Shown here piece after piece: positions 1 through 11,510 of a stretch of 42,388 bases of DNA. The stretch is taken from the NCBI GenBank assembly GCA_003614675.1, contig ML002317.1, forward strand, positions 1 to 42,388. Reading direction: 5' to 3'. The first letter of the stretch is position 1. Each line of letters starts with the position of its first letter. Source of the stretch: Dimargaris cristalligena. Lineage: Eukaryota. Both the position numbers and the translations under genes were made by a program. The notes under the pieces are model-generated. The model was not told the DNA's origin. It saw nothing but the letters and a program-made list of their open reading frames with translations, and made no database searches.

Positions 1-1620
1 TCTTTTCAAATAAAGTTCAGTTTTCAAGGATTTGATTTCAGTTCTTTACAAGGGGGAACCTCCGGTTTCTTTCCACTAGATGGCTTGCCATATTTTGTCA
101 TATAATGTGGAGTCTTGAACTTTGCTGGGTTCGAGGGGGTTGAGACTGAGGTGGCCTTGGGGAAGTTGCTGCTGAGTTCCTGGTCATCCATTGCATCATA
201 TGTCATCATCTTGTGTCATTGGTTGTTAAAGAAAATATAAAAAATAAAACATTATGATCAAACGGTGTAATCAATTTGGTACTTGGGGATACCAAAACTT
301 TGAACTGAATAGATGAAACTAATAAAGTAAAATAGAACTGGTGATAATAATAATCAAAGTAAAACTGTGTGATGGGTAATCATTGGTATTGTCTGGTGAA
401 GTTAAAACAGATATTTATTCATTTATCTCAAAACTAACTTGTCCCTTCAACTGAGGGGACACTACTAAGGTATATATAAGAAATCAACCAAACTAAATGA
501 CTATAGCTAAGATTAAAGCTACGATAATTATAGGACATAAAAAACCTAAAGATAGGGGAAAAACTGACCTACTGGCTAAACTATAGTTGTGAATGGTTAA
601 AAAGAAACAAAATATAGAACTTGGAAGGTTGGAAGACACAGCCTTCCCAGACCTCCTTCATATCAGATATTAATAAAACTGAGAAAAAAGGAATTCATGC
701 TAAGAAGTTATATGGTGTGGTTCCAAGAAGGAATCCACTGGAGACTGATTATTCCCAAGCCCCACTCATAAAGGATTATCAATAGTATAAAAGTAGTAAT
801 ATGAGGTGGTCAATTGTCATAGTTTTAAAATCACTATTAATTTTGATGACCTATAACTTCATCAATAATAGATGGAAAGGTAAATGGAAATATGATTTGG
901 AAAGCTGAATGAAAAGAGAATCAGCTAGCATAAAGAAATAAAATAACATTAATGACCCCGGACAGTTCCCATGGAAATAACTCATCAATCATCCAGGGAC
1001 CTTGAATTTATCCAAAGTATGACTACTTTTTGGATTAGCAATGTGTACTGGGGCTTACGCGGCCTCTGGCCAGCTGCCCACGGCAGCACACTTAGCATGA
1101 ATATTGTAACTGTAAAGGCTGAGTAGGGCCAGGTAACTATAACAGAAATAATGAGAGTACTGAATAGGGCAGGTTGTAAGTAAATAATGAGATCAAATTA
1201 TTAAAAGTAATAATTATTAGTTTAGAAGGTAAAGAACCATAGTTGGCCACCTAAGGCAGTGTATTATTATTCCTTTGAGATGAGGTGTTGTTCTTGTGCC
1301 ATTACAGTAAGGACGTCCTCCTCCAGAGGGGGGTTAGGTGGGTTACACCATTGTCCCACAGGTCTCCATCACCTGGATAAGGGGTCCTATGTGAAGGATT
1401 AACCTCCCTTCTCTGAGTAGTGGTGGTATCCCTTATACAGTAGGGAACAGGGGCAATTTAATGAGTTCTTGGTCCTAGATTAGTCAACCACATTAAAAAC
1501 CATGCATGAAGCAGTCACTTCCATCCCAGTTCCTCTTACCTACTTCCAATGTTTTGACTCCCATATTATTATTGGAGGGACTGGGATATACCTCTACAGA
1601 CATATAAGGTCAAGGAATTG
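1..1620. mobile_element. Probable degenerate repeat or transposon relic (CpG-depleted, AT-rich block; family not identifiable)
   Basis: Hand count finds only 9 CpG in 1-1620, and CpG becomes frequent from about 1625 onward. No intact ORF with a recognisable domain. The repeat interpretation is inference. Confidence 0.4.
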
Positions 1621-4600
1621 GGTGCCGCTAAATGTAGAAAAATTCCCGGGAGGCAGTATATAGATAATGCTTTATTAACGACGAGTAATTAATATTCCCT
1701 AAAAAATGAGCGTGGTAAGTGACCGGGCAATAGCCATTACCATGAGCATTTTGTCCCGGTGGATTAGTAGAATTGGTTGGCTATAGCATGGAATGGGGCA
1801 CTTTGAGTGGAGTGGTCCGAAAATTCAAGAGGTTATGGGAGAGTCGTCGAGCTGGTTTATCCCTTTGATAGCGCAACAATTAGCAACATCATAGTATGGG
1901 CTACCGAGAGTTGTAAAGGCTGATAGCGGCAGGGCCGCTCCATGAATAGCAATGGGTCATAATATGATTGCGGCGATGGTTTGGGGATTATTGATTTAAC
2001 TGTCCTAAGGAGTACATACCCGATTGGACATACATTGGTATTAGCATTACGGTCGGGTTTGGGCCGCGGGACTCTGGATGATTACCGGGAGGTATAGTGA
2101 GATGTTGCTTCAGCGCTGCATACCCACGAACTCTATGGCAAATGGACAGCTTAGTTGGTGAAATTCTGCAGTCTAAAATTAACATGATACATCCTGTCTG
2201 GCCTAAGGTCCCATTTAATTCTGTGAGCCAGGACAGTTGCTGTGGAATATGACGTCTCGGAATTAAAAAAAATAAACTTATGGGAAAACCCAGGGGAATT
2301 GTAATCGCACCCTTCCTACCCAGGCTTTGACGTCAGACCATATGCTTCGCGTAATTTCCGACTACACCAGTGAGTCTCGGTATTAGGTTTCCACGTCCCG
2401 GGGTATTTTTACCCAAGCAACGAGAGATATGGTATACATCCGAGTCCACAGATATGCTCATTCAGCGGACGTACAGTCAATGGGAACTTATGTAGGCGCT
2501 CTCCCCGCACGACGCCAATTTAGTGGGAATTAGTGCTATTGTTTGGAACTGATGATGCATGCCTGAGGAATGGTAGGCAGGTATTGTAAGTACCATCCGT
2601 CGGAATAAGATCTCCTTACATGATACCCAACAGGCTGTCCAAGTGATGGTGAATTAGGCGGTACCTTTTTTATCAATATTCTAGAATGTGTCGCTTGGGT
2701 TTGCATTTCGCCCCATAGGAACTGTGGGTCAGGGTGTCTCTTGCCGAACTAGGAAACGAGAGGAATCACGGACGAATTATGTTTCCCTGTATGTACTGTG
2801 ATGTTATTCTACCGTTAACTTATATAGGACTACGCGTTGACTGGCATCCATGCTGGGAATATGCTGCACAGTGGACGGAAAGGGGAGGTCAACATCACAC
2901 TCTCAAGATTTAGAACATAAGCCCATGTGATGGAAATCAGGGAAATGAGAAAGTTGAAAATACTGGCATAGTAAAAATATTGCCGGATACACGCTGACCC
3001 TAAGCGTTCCATTCTTCTCTGTGGCTAAAATAATGGTAATCTCCTTTGGTTTGCCAACGTGTCAGACAAGACAAACACATGGGAATTAATCGGCCCATCT
3101 AATTATCAAATCTCATTTAGTTGAGTTCTCACAACCCCACGATTAATCGATTTACTCTAACATAGGTCTCATTGTATATTATCATGTGAAGGAATCCAGA
3201 TTTCAGTCGGAAATACACTGGTAGTTACGGATGTCCGGGCTGGTTCTTTATAGTAATTCAGCCTTTCGGCCGGGTAAGTGGCTAATTACTACAACAGGTG
3301 CACATGGTCACCAAGACTCGTCGTGACCATGGGTCCTGGGAAAACCGGTATACCCGTTCTGCTGTTTCCCTAGCTCAGGCGGAATGGCCGTGATACTCAT
3401 AGTTCTGCCCTATTCGTTATTGCATATGCCAACCCCGTGGCCAACTTTTACGGTGGGATGGATGATACTACATAATAAATCGCTGAGTGGAGTGTAGCAC
3501 TTGTTTGGGACGGTTAACTACATTGATCTTTTTGAGTACAAATGTAAACCAACCCTTGTGACGTATTTAGCTTAATCCCCCGACCTTATTGGCCTTTTCC
3601 CAAGGGGAAAGAGTGAAGGGGGGAGGAAGGAGGTGCAGTGATAGCCTTATCACTTTATATGTTTTATTTTTCATTAAGGTTGGTTAATGAAATGGACTAG
3701 CTTAATTAAGCCAAATTTAGTAATTTTCGGCTAGCGTAACCGACGACTAGGCACTTTAGGCCACTGGATTCAGGGGCCACCGGTGACCAGTGGCGGGGAA
3801 AGGTGATGGATGGGATTCGGGGTAGCTAGATGGATGGTAGGCCAAGCTTAGATATGCTAAAAAGCGCTATTGTCAGGATAAAAATTGAGAATATTCCATT
3901 AATAATCTAGCGCAGTCGGAGGCCGTGAGGATAGTAGATACGTAGATACAAGCCACCAAACCCAGTTGCCTAGTTCGAAACTGGAGCACTACCGACAACT
4001 TGATCGTAGAAAGCCTGTATGGTAGGCCTTAGAAATTGCCTAATTGGTTTCTTCATCGACGTCCCCCTTCTTCTTGTCCCCCCATTCAGTTACATTTAAC
4101 CTCCCCCCCTCTAAACACACACATCATAATCGTCGGTGTTACAATACCCTCTTGTCACATGAACTTCAAGGGCACATGAGGCGGTCATTTGGGGGAGGTT
4201 TGAAGTGGGCCAGTCAAGTGTCATCGAGATCGGCGAGATACTCTGTGACGCATACGAGAGGTCAAACTGTGCAGACAGGCACACATTCCCTTGGAAACTC
4301 AGGTGGGCTCTACGTAGGCATATCACTAACACTAGTCAACTGCTCACCACCCAGGAAAGATAAACAGAAAGAAGGCTGGAAGTACCCAAAAATAGGAGGT
4401 GGGGACCTTGGTTTTGGGTAGCTATATTCGGCAAGGTACAACCTGCCAGTCATTCTGGTATGACTAGCACTCTGAAGAGGGTCGCTGGCGGTACTCATTT
4501 AGGACCCCGTTGGTAATCTTGAAGCGAGGTGTCTCTTCCCAGTGCAAAGCCAAACCCCCCTCCTCCGCAATTACCCCTATTAATGCCGGTAAAGAAATCA

Positions 4601-5123
4601 GCCAATTTGTGCATATGTGCAAAGATCACAGGGGACTCATTCAGTCTGCGTAGTCGCCATGAACCAAATCGATATTTCCGCATGACTTGTTTAATACTAG
4701 TCCGACCGTTCACTGATGTCCAATGTAGGCAAGAATGGCCACTGCCGCTCGGGTCGACCTTTGAAGGGCCAGATTAGGGCTTATTGGGCTACACCCCGTG
4801 CCCCCGACTCTTCATCCCCATTTACCGTTCTTAACTTTGTCCCTGCACACGCTACCATTGTCATTTTTCGATGGCTATTGAACATGTGGGTACGATGAAT
4901 CATCGATGAGCCATTGTTGCGGCTCTTCAAAATGGAACACGATGGGAAGGAGGCATAGGGTCAGATGGTTCGCTAAACAAAATCAACCCCTCTGCAGTCA
5001 AGAAAAGAAGAAGAAAATGTAAAAAATAACCATTAATTGATTTGTCATTCATCTTCGCACGGCAATGCCGAACTCTCCATGGCCCGGTGGAGTTCTTCCG
5101 TCAATTCAAACGTGCATGAATAA

Positions 5124-5143
5124 ATATATATATATATATATAT
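5124..5143. repeat. (AT)n microsatellite
   Basis: Run of about 10 AT units seen directly. Confidence 0.9.
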
Positions 5144-6841
5144 CGATTGGAAAGTCCATATCCATATATACGCGGCCATGTACCCATATATCAGGCTAGA
5201 CGGGGAACTAAGAAGCCGCGCTTGAGTCGTCTGACCGTTGGACAGGGGGGTCGAAATGCGGGGTAGAAGAACGCTAACTCGGAAAAGAAAGAAAACAGAT
5301 CAAACAATGCAACGAAGACCCTCCTGAATATACTTTTAGCTGGTGTTTCATTATTTTAAGGTCTGGTTTTCCCTATATTATTATTATTATTATTATCATT
5401 ATTATGTTCACTTAGGGAAAACCACTGGGAAGTTTAATCATTACCGAAAATTAAAAATGGACGGGATAGCAGAAATGATATAAAAATATTAGTCCCAGGT
5501 GATGAATTTTGTATTTTTCCACCTTTATTTAGGGCGGATATCTATTTACAGGCATCTCCGGAAAACCAATCAATGGGGGCATATGATTCCAGAGACCCGA
5601 TAAACCATATCTACACGCCAAATCATGGTCCTGGTATCATGGCAATGAGAAAAAAACGGCCATGAAGAATAATCTTGTTAATTGGATTGTGTCAGGTGAA
5701 ATTCGCACCTTGATTCGTACTCCCCACGATAAAGCGCGACTGGCAAGTATTGGACTACCGGCGAAGGTCGGCCAGTTGTTTAGACGATGCCAGCCGTTGT
5801 TTACTGATCATTCGGGTTGCTGTGGTCCAAACTTAGGCCACCTGTTCTGTTTACCAGATGCCACCCCCTCCCTCTCCCTCGCAACGCGAGGTGGATATCC
5901 CTGGTTGAGCTTACAACAAGGGTTGCCTAAAAGAAAATGGCCTTGTGGTTTGAATACCCCCGCCTGTATAGGAACCGGGCCAGTTACTCGATGGGGCAAC
6001 GTCCCCTTAGTCTACCACCCTTTGCCACCGGAGCCGGGTCAACGGGAAGGCGACACCATGGCAGGGTCTTGCTCTTAATTCCCCATCCCATCTGCCTGGG
6101 TATAATGGCCATTATTTCCCACTGCCTTTCCACCCTCCTAGAATCTCCTCACTCGCACACTTACTCCTTTGCCCCAGTTCATGCGGTCGGTCGGCTATTT
6201 GTTCCCCATTTGTAATTGGAAGAATCCCAAATGGCAAGTGTGGGCCCAACTAACCCGGCTGTGTATAGATTGGGTGGGTAATAGGAAGATATGGCATGGA
6301 GGGGGGTGAGAGAAATAAATAGTGAGAAGCCCGGGCCACCGATTAGAAGCGATTCAAACCTATGCCAATCCTAAGTTTAAAGGAGGAGGAGGGCTTGGGA
6401 ACCCGGCCCCACAAATCCATGGATGGTTGTTGATTGGAAAAATAATTAATCGACAAGCCCCCTTCTGCGCTAATTGATGATGGAGGAGGGGTGGGGGAGG
6501 GAGGGCGCGAACATTTGTATTGATATCACATTAGCATGGCTGGAACTGCCGCACATTGTCTGAAGAAATACGGTGAGGGGTTTGGGAAAGACGGTGGTGG
6601 TGGTATGGCCACGAAGCCCCCATACCGGCACTACTACGAATGAATTAGACAGTGGCCTCCGTGGACTATGTTAGTCTTCACGTTGGGCAATGCGAAGCTG
6701 CCAAAGTGCCAATCAACCCCGCGCGCCCTTCAGGGGGTCATGCGTGGACCAAAGGTGAAAGGAAGGCGGGGTAATAGAGGCGGGTCGCCCAGCCATTATT
6801 ATCCACCAACTACTGCGTCCCTGACCACAAGACCCTGTGGG

Positions 6842-6863
6842 GAGAGAGAGAGAGAGAGAGAGA
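6842..6863. repeat. (GA)n microsatellite
   Basis: Perfect GA run seen directly. Confidence 0.9.
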
Positions 6864-7840
6864 AAGATGTGGTGTTTCTTAGGAAAAGACATCCAATAGA
6901 ACCCCTCTTAATCAGGCCAGGTCCGTTTCCCTTCTAAAAAAACACCACTCTGGTAATGAATGACCTCAAGCCAACCAGAACTATAGAATTATGGGTGTGG
7001 ATCCTTAATGAAGGGGCGAATACGTCACAACAGGGTTTAGCCGCTCCCTACAAAATACTTATAATGTAGAATTAAGGGGCTGTACCTTTGGACGATCCCA
7101 GTCATAGCCCCCTAGTTATGCAAAAATAGATATAAATTTGCAACTACTACATAGCAGGGCAATGATCAACCAGGCGGGCGGGCTTTGGAGTAATTAGACG
7201 TTAAGCGTAGGGGCACCCGCTGTGGAAGCCGGAGAGGGGGTCATTTTTCACTTTTCTAGCACGGTCCCCACACCGATGGATAAACCGCCCTAACCACTCG
7301 CTGGCAACCCAGTGGACCCTGATAATTCTAAACATCCGATATTGCGTTGATTACCAGCTCCCGGGGACCTGTGAAAGGGGAACTTTAATGCGGAACACCT
7401 GACCTATTCATTCCATCCATTTCCACGTCTTCCACTATTGTCGGGAGACGTATAGCCCCCCTCTCTCGCCGCCCTGACGCACTCTATCTGTCCCCAAGGC
7501 ACACCCTCCCCACTTAGCCACACCCCCGAATTAGGCCAGTCTAGGGAGGGGGGGACGTTCATGGTTGCTCCCATCTTCCCATTATGGGAAGGGCGAGCAA
7601 CTTAGGAACATGGACAACGAGAAGTGGAAAGTGGAACGGAAGGGCCCGTTTTTCCTTATTGTGGGGATGGGGCAAGAAGCCCAGTTGGTAGAGGGACATG
7701 TGTCCAGTGTGGATGGCGGGGATAGTTGTGGTCCAAAATATCACCCGCCAGATAGCCGAGAGCCCCTATTGGCTGGTTTGGTGTAGGGGAGTTGCTTCCT
7801 TCTATAACGGTCAGTGGATGGGGATGAGGATATGAAATAG

Positions 7841-7864
7841 GAGAGAGAGAGAGAGAGAGAGAGA
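7841..7864. repeat. (GA)n microsatellite upstream of the putative TATA box
   Basis: Perfect GA run seen directly. Confidence 0.9.
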
Positions 7865-7935
7865 AAGTTGTCACCCCCCAATCCCCGCTGTGCGTTGGGG
7901 CCCACGCTAGGTTTCCAGGGGAGCCTTGGTCCGAG

Positions 7936-7943
7936 TATAAAAG
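7936..7943 (+). promoter_or_regulatory. Putative TATA box of the 8253 gene
   Basis: TATAAAAG, with CCAAT near 7878, followed by a pyrimidine-rich ATG-free leader up to the ATG at 8253. Confidence 0.5.
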
Positions 7944-8252
7944 TCCGACTCGATCATCTCCCCCTTAAACCTCATCAGCCCTTCTAGTCTTCTGCCCACT
8001 TGGCCTTTCCTATTACTTTCCACCATTCACTTGCCTTCCCCACTCAATTTTCTTATAGCATCCTTTAATAACACACTCTTTCCCTCTCCCTCTCTCTCTA
8101 TATATATATATTAATATAACCCAATTGATCATACTGCTTTTCCCCGAACTAGCTATACCATACTAATACCAGTCACTCTGCCTTTCACCCACCCGTACCT
8201 ACCCGGTCATTCGCTTACAGTATATTGACCACTGTCCAATCAGCCCTATACT

Positions 8253-8789
8253 ATGGACCGCGATTATAACCGGTACTACTACGGCGATAACAACCAAAAT
8301 CCGTACTACTCCAATGAAGTGAGTCGCTGGAACGGGGGCTACCGGCCTCCCAGCAACCCGCCCCAGGGCTTCTCCGACACGGCCCCGGAAATATTCCCCA
8401 TGGAAATGGACAATAACCCAAACACCTATCCCTACACCTCCGGTCACCAACAACCGCCACCCCCGAAACGCAAATCCTACGCCCTCCGCACCAATCTCTT
8501 CGACATTTCGGGCGTCACGAGCCTGCCCCTGCCGAACTTGGCCCAAATGAATCTGGACCGCCAAAATGCCGAAGCTCTAGCGAAAGCCAAACGGGAACGG
8601 GAGTTGGAACTGGAGCGGGAGCGGGAACAGGAGCAGGAACACGAACAGGACCACGAAGAGGAGCAAAATTCGTCGGATGACGAGACCGAAACCCAACAGC
8701 CCTCCTCATCGACGGAAAACAATGCGGAGGATAATAACGAATGGAATACCTACTGGCGGGATAATGCACCGGTTCGTCAGGTCTGGTAG
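8253..8789 (+). CDS. Hypothetical 178-aa low-complexity protein (Y/N/P-rich N-terminus, PPPPKRKS basic patch, E/Q/R coiled-coil-like tract, acidic tail ending WNTYWRDNAPVRQVW)
   Basis: Single ATG-TAG ORF with C/G-ending codon preference like the neighbouring conserved genes, plus an upstream TATA and ATG-free leader. No family recognised. Confidence 0.7.
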   Translation: MDRDYNRYYYGDNNQNPYYSNEVSRWNGGYRPPSNPPQGFSDTAPEIFPMEMDNNPNTYPYTSGHQQPPPPKRKSYALRTNLFDISGVTSLPLPNLAQMNLDRQNAEALAKAKRERELELEREREQEQEHEQDHEEEQNSSDDETETQQPSSSTENNAEDNNEWNTYWRDNAPVRQVW

Positions 8790-11510
8790 TCCCCTCCCTT
8801 TTATGTACCTTTAGTATAACCTGACCACGTCGTTTTCACCTGTACACATCTATAGAGCGACTGGTCACGTTTCCTTGGCCGATCCTTCTCCTCATCACTT
8901 GTTCCCCCTTATACCTGCCCTTCGCTCGTGTACGTTTCGGTCATATAGTGCGTTTCTGACTGACCACCTGCTTTTGGATTGACAGTCCGATGCACCATAA
9001 CCACATTTCCCTGCCTTCATGTTTCTCACTGGTCTTGGTGGTTTGCGGCATTCTATTCAAATCCCTGTTTGGAAGCTGAGCGATGGTATCGATTATTGCT
9101 ATTCAGCTTCGATTCCCACTTCTCACTATTTGTATTATCCCTCCTCCCCATGCTGTCTTGAATATTTTTTCTCCTCTCACCCACACGTTCCCCTCTAATC
9201 CTAATGCTTCCCTTTCCCCCTCCATCATAACCATGATTGAACGGGGCCCGCTGTCAGAGGTCACGTTATCCTGCGGAAAACTATGCTATACTCAAAATTC
9301 GGTTGGGCTTTCCCAATATATTTGGGGGTCTTTCCTCTTAACAATTTACATGTTGTTTGTACTTCTATTATACCCCCTGTTTTATATAAAAATATTCCTT
9401 TTTGCACATATGTCCGGAGGCTCGCTCTCTCCGATATCAGTACCACTCCTTTCTTCACCTGCTATTTCATTCGCTCTGGTTTCCAACAAATAAATGCTAG
9501 TATATGTACATTCCAGGGTGTTTGACTGTGACGTGAGAGATATTGAGGAAACTACTGTCTGGTAGCAGTTGGTTTTCTCGATTCGGCTATATACATACAT
9601 ATGAAACAAACGGGCCTTGTTTATGGTGTAGGTTAACCCCCTGGCTAGCTAGCTCAGGCCATACTTACGCAGCCTCGTCTATTGGTGGCGCTACTGATAC
9701 CCACTCGATTGGGGGGTACCTCTCTATTTTCCGCCTGTTTGAATGTATCGGCCACCACATCCGTTTTTGCTTTCTGAACGACTAATGTGGAGCCAGGAGG
9801 GTAATTTATATTGATTTCTGGCAATCATTACCCAGACAGATGGCCCGGAATTGGCCCAAGCGTTTTAGTGTGAGAAGATTTTTTTTATTAGCCAGTTACC
9901 CATTCAATGCCCATTTTCGACTATTAAAAACAACAACAGCAACAACAACAATAAAAAAACAATAAACAGTATACTCAGTCACTATATATCTCCCCTTACC
10001 CTATAATTATTACCGATAGAATTGAAATCTCCATGAAATACCACACGAGCTTCTTTACCAATAATCTTCTAGGCCGACAGTGTCCCCAACATCCTCCTTT
10101 GGATCCCCGGCCCATCGTGCGAATTATACTTTAGCCTCTTCATTGCTATACACCTCGACGCCCCTATATACCAGGGGGGTGGAGTAGTTGCTTTTTTTAA
10201 TAATTTGGGAACTGATATATCTAGAAACGATGGACAATCCCAGTCCGATGGAAAGTGTATGGATGAGAACATAGTCAGAATACCAAACATACCAGTGTAT
10301 AAAGCCAGGGAAAGAAATTAGTCCACCGTCTTCCGAATAGGGGGAGGGACCTTGCAACGCTGAAACATATGCCCAATATAACCTGAAAAGTACGCGAGGA
10401 GCGGCCCATTTAGTCTCTTCTCTCCCATACCACTGAGAGGACCGGGGGAATCGGAATGCACCTATATTTGTTAAAGGTTACCAAAGTTATCCGAGCCGAG
10501 AGTAGTATAGTGTGGCGTGGTGTAGTTCCGTACCCATCTACGCGACGCTCCTACATGTCTTGAAACATCCCGTAGGAATAAGTTTAATATATTCTCTTTT
10601 GTCGCTGTGGACTGAGTATATGATTATGGAAAATCGGAGGACGATAGATGCCCACCCAACTCTAAATGTTCTTATCTTCAGCATTGGACGCGGTGGATAC
10701 CGTTTCCCAGGTCCCCCCTCCCTTAATATCCCCCTCTTTTACTGTGGCTCTGGCTCTTACTCTTGCCATTGACTGCTGGCCCTACCTGGTACACACAAGA
10801 TAGGCTGATGATTGGCGTCATGTTCCCAATATGTAAACCCCCGTAACCCATTTTCGACCGAGCCATTCCGCTCCCCCCCCACTCTTTCCTTCACCATCAT
10901 GTACAGGATTTACCATAAAGTGTATATAATACAGACCACTGGTGGTTTCGAGGAAGAACGGCAGAGGTAAGTGGGGGAAGGGAGATACAGGTCGGATTGA
11001 ACAGGATCAATATCGGTTAAATTGAAGTACTATGCTTGAGAAAGACGTGCTAGCGGTCAGCTGAGGAAATGCAGGAAGTAATAGAAACTCCGGATATGTA
11101 TTTATTAACTAAATTAATCACTGGGAATGGCGTATCGATGAGTTGGAGGGGGCAGCCGAGAAATAGAAAAGAAATTGAGTGTCAAGAACCATAGTGAGAA
11201 GCTGCGTAGGTCAGTCAGATAAGGGCCTATTCCACCTGGTGTGTGAAATATACATAGTATATAAAAAAATAAATGTACCAATATTGACATCATGGATGCC
11301 AACCAGTTCCTTTCCGAAAGTAATAATAAATATTGAAATAAACCTAGATAACGTTTGACGTCCACTTGACTGATATTGACTGATATTTTGCATAATATTT
11401 GGAACCCTATTCGGGGGTGCTTAGTGACCGGAAGAGAAAGGGGTATACACGAGCGCATGTCTATTGGACCAATATTTTGCTACCTGGCTTTGCGGATCCG
11501 AGGGTGGGAT

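Noticed and set aside
3303-3331. 9-bp inverted repeat CATGGTCAC...GTGACCATG, and an 8-bp one at 3760-3794
   Set aside because: Short isolated hairpins of this size are expected by chance in 42 kb and have no supporting context.
3908-3987. tRNA-like A-box (TAGCGCAGTCGG) and B-box (GTTCGAAAC) at plausible spacing
   Set aside because: No acceptor stem or anticodon stem can be paired and no oligo-T terminator follows. Probably chance; tRNAscan-SE would settle it.
9083-9785. Hydrophobic ORFs of 80-136 aa downstream of the 8253 gene
   Set aside because: T-rich, 3'-UTR-like sequence yields pseudo-transmembrane translations; they lack the codon bias of the real genes.
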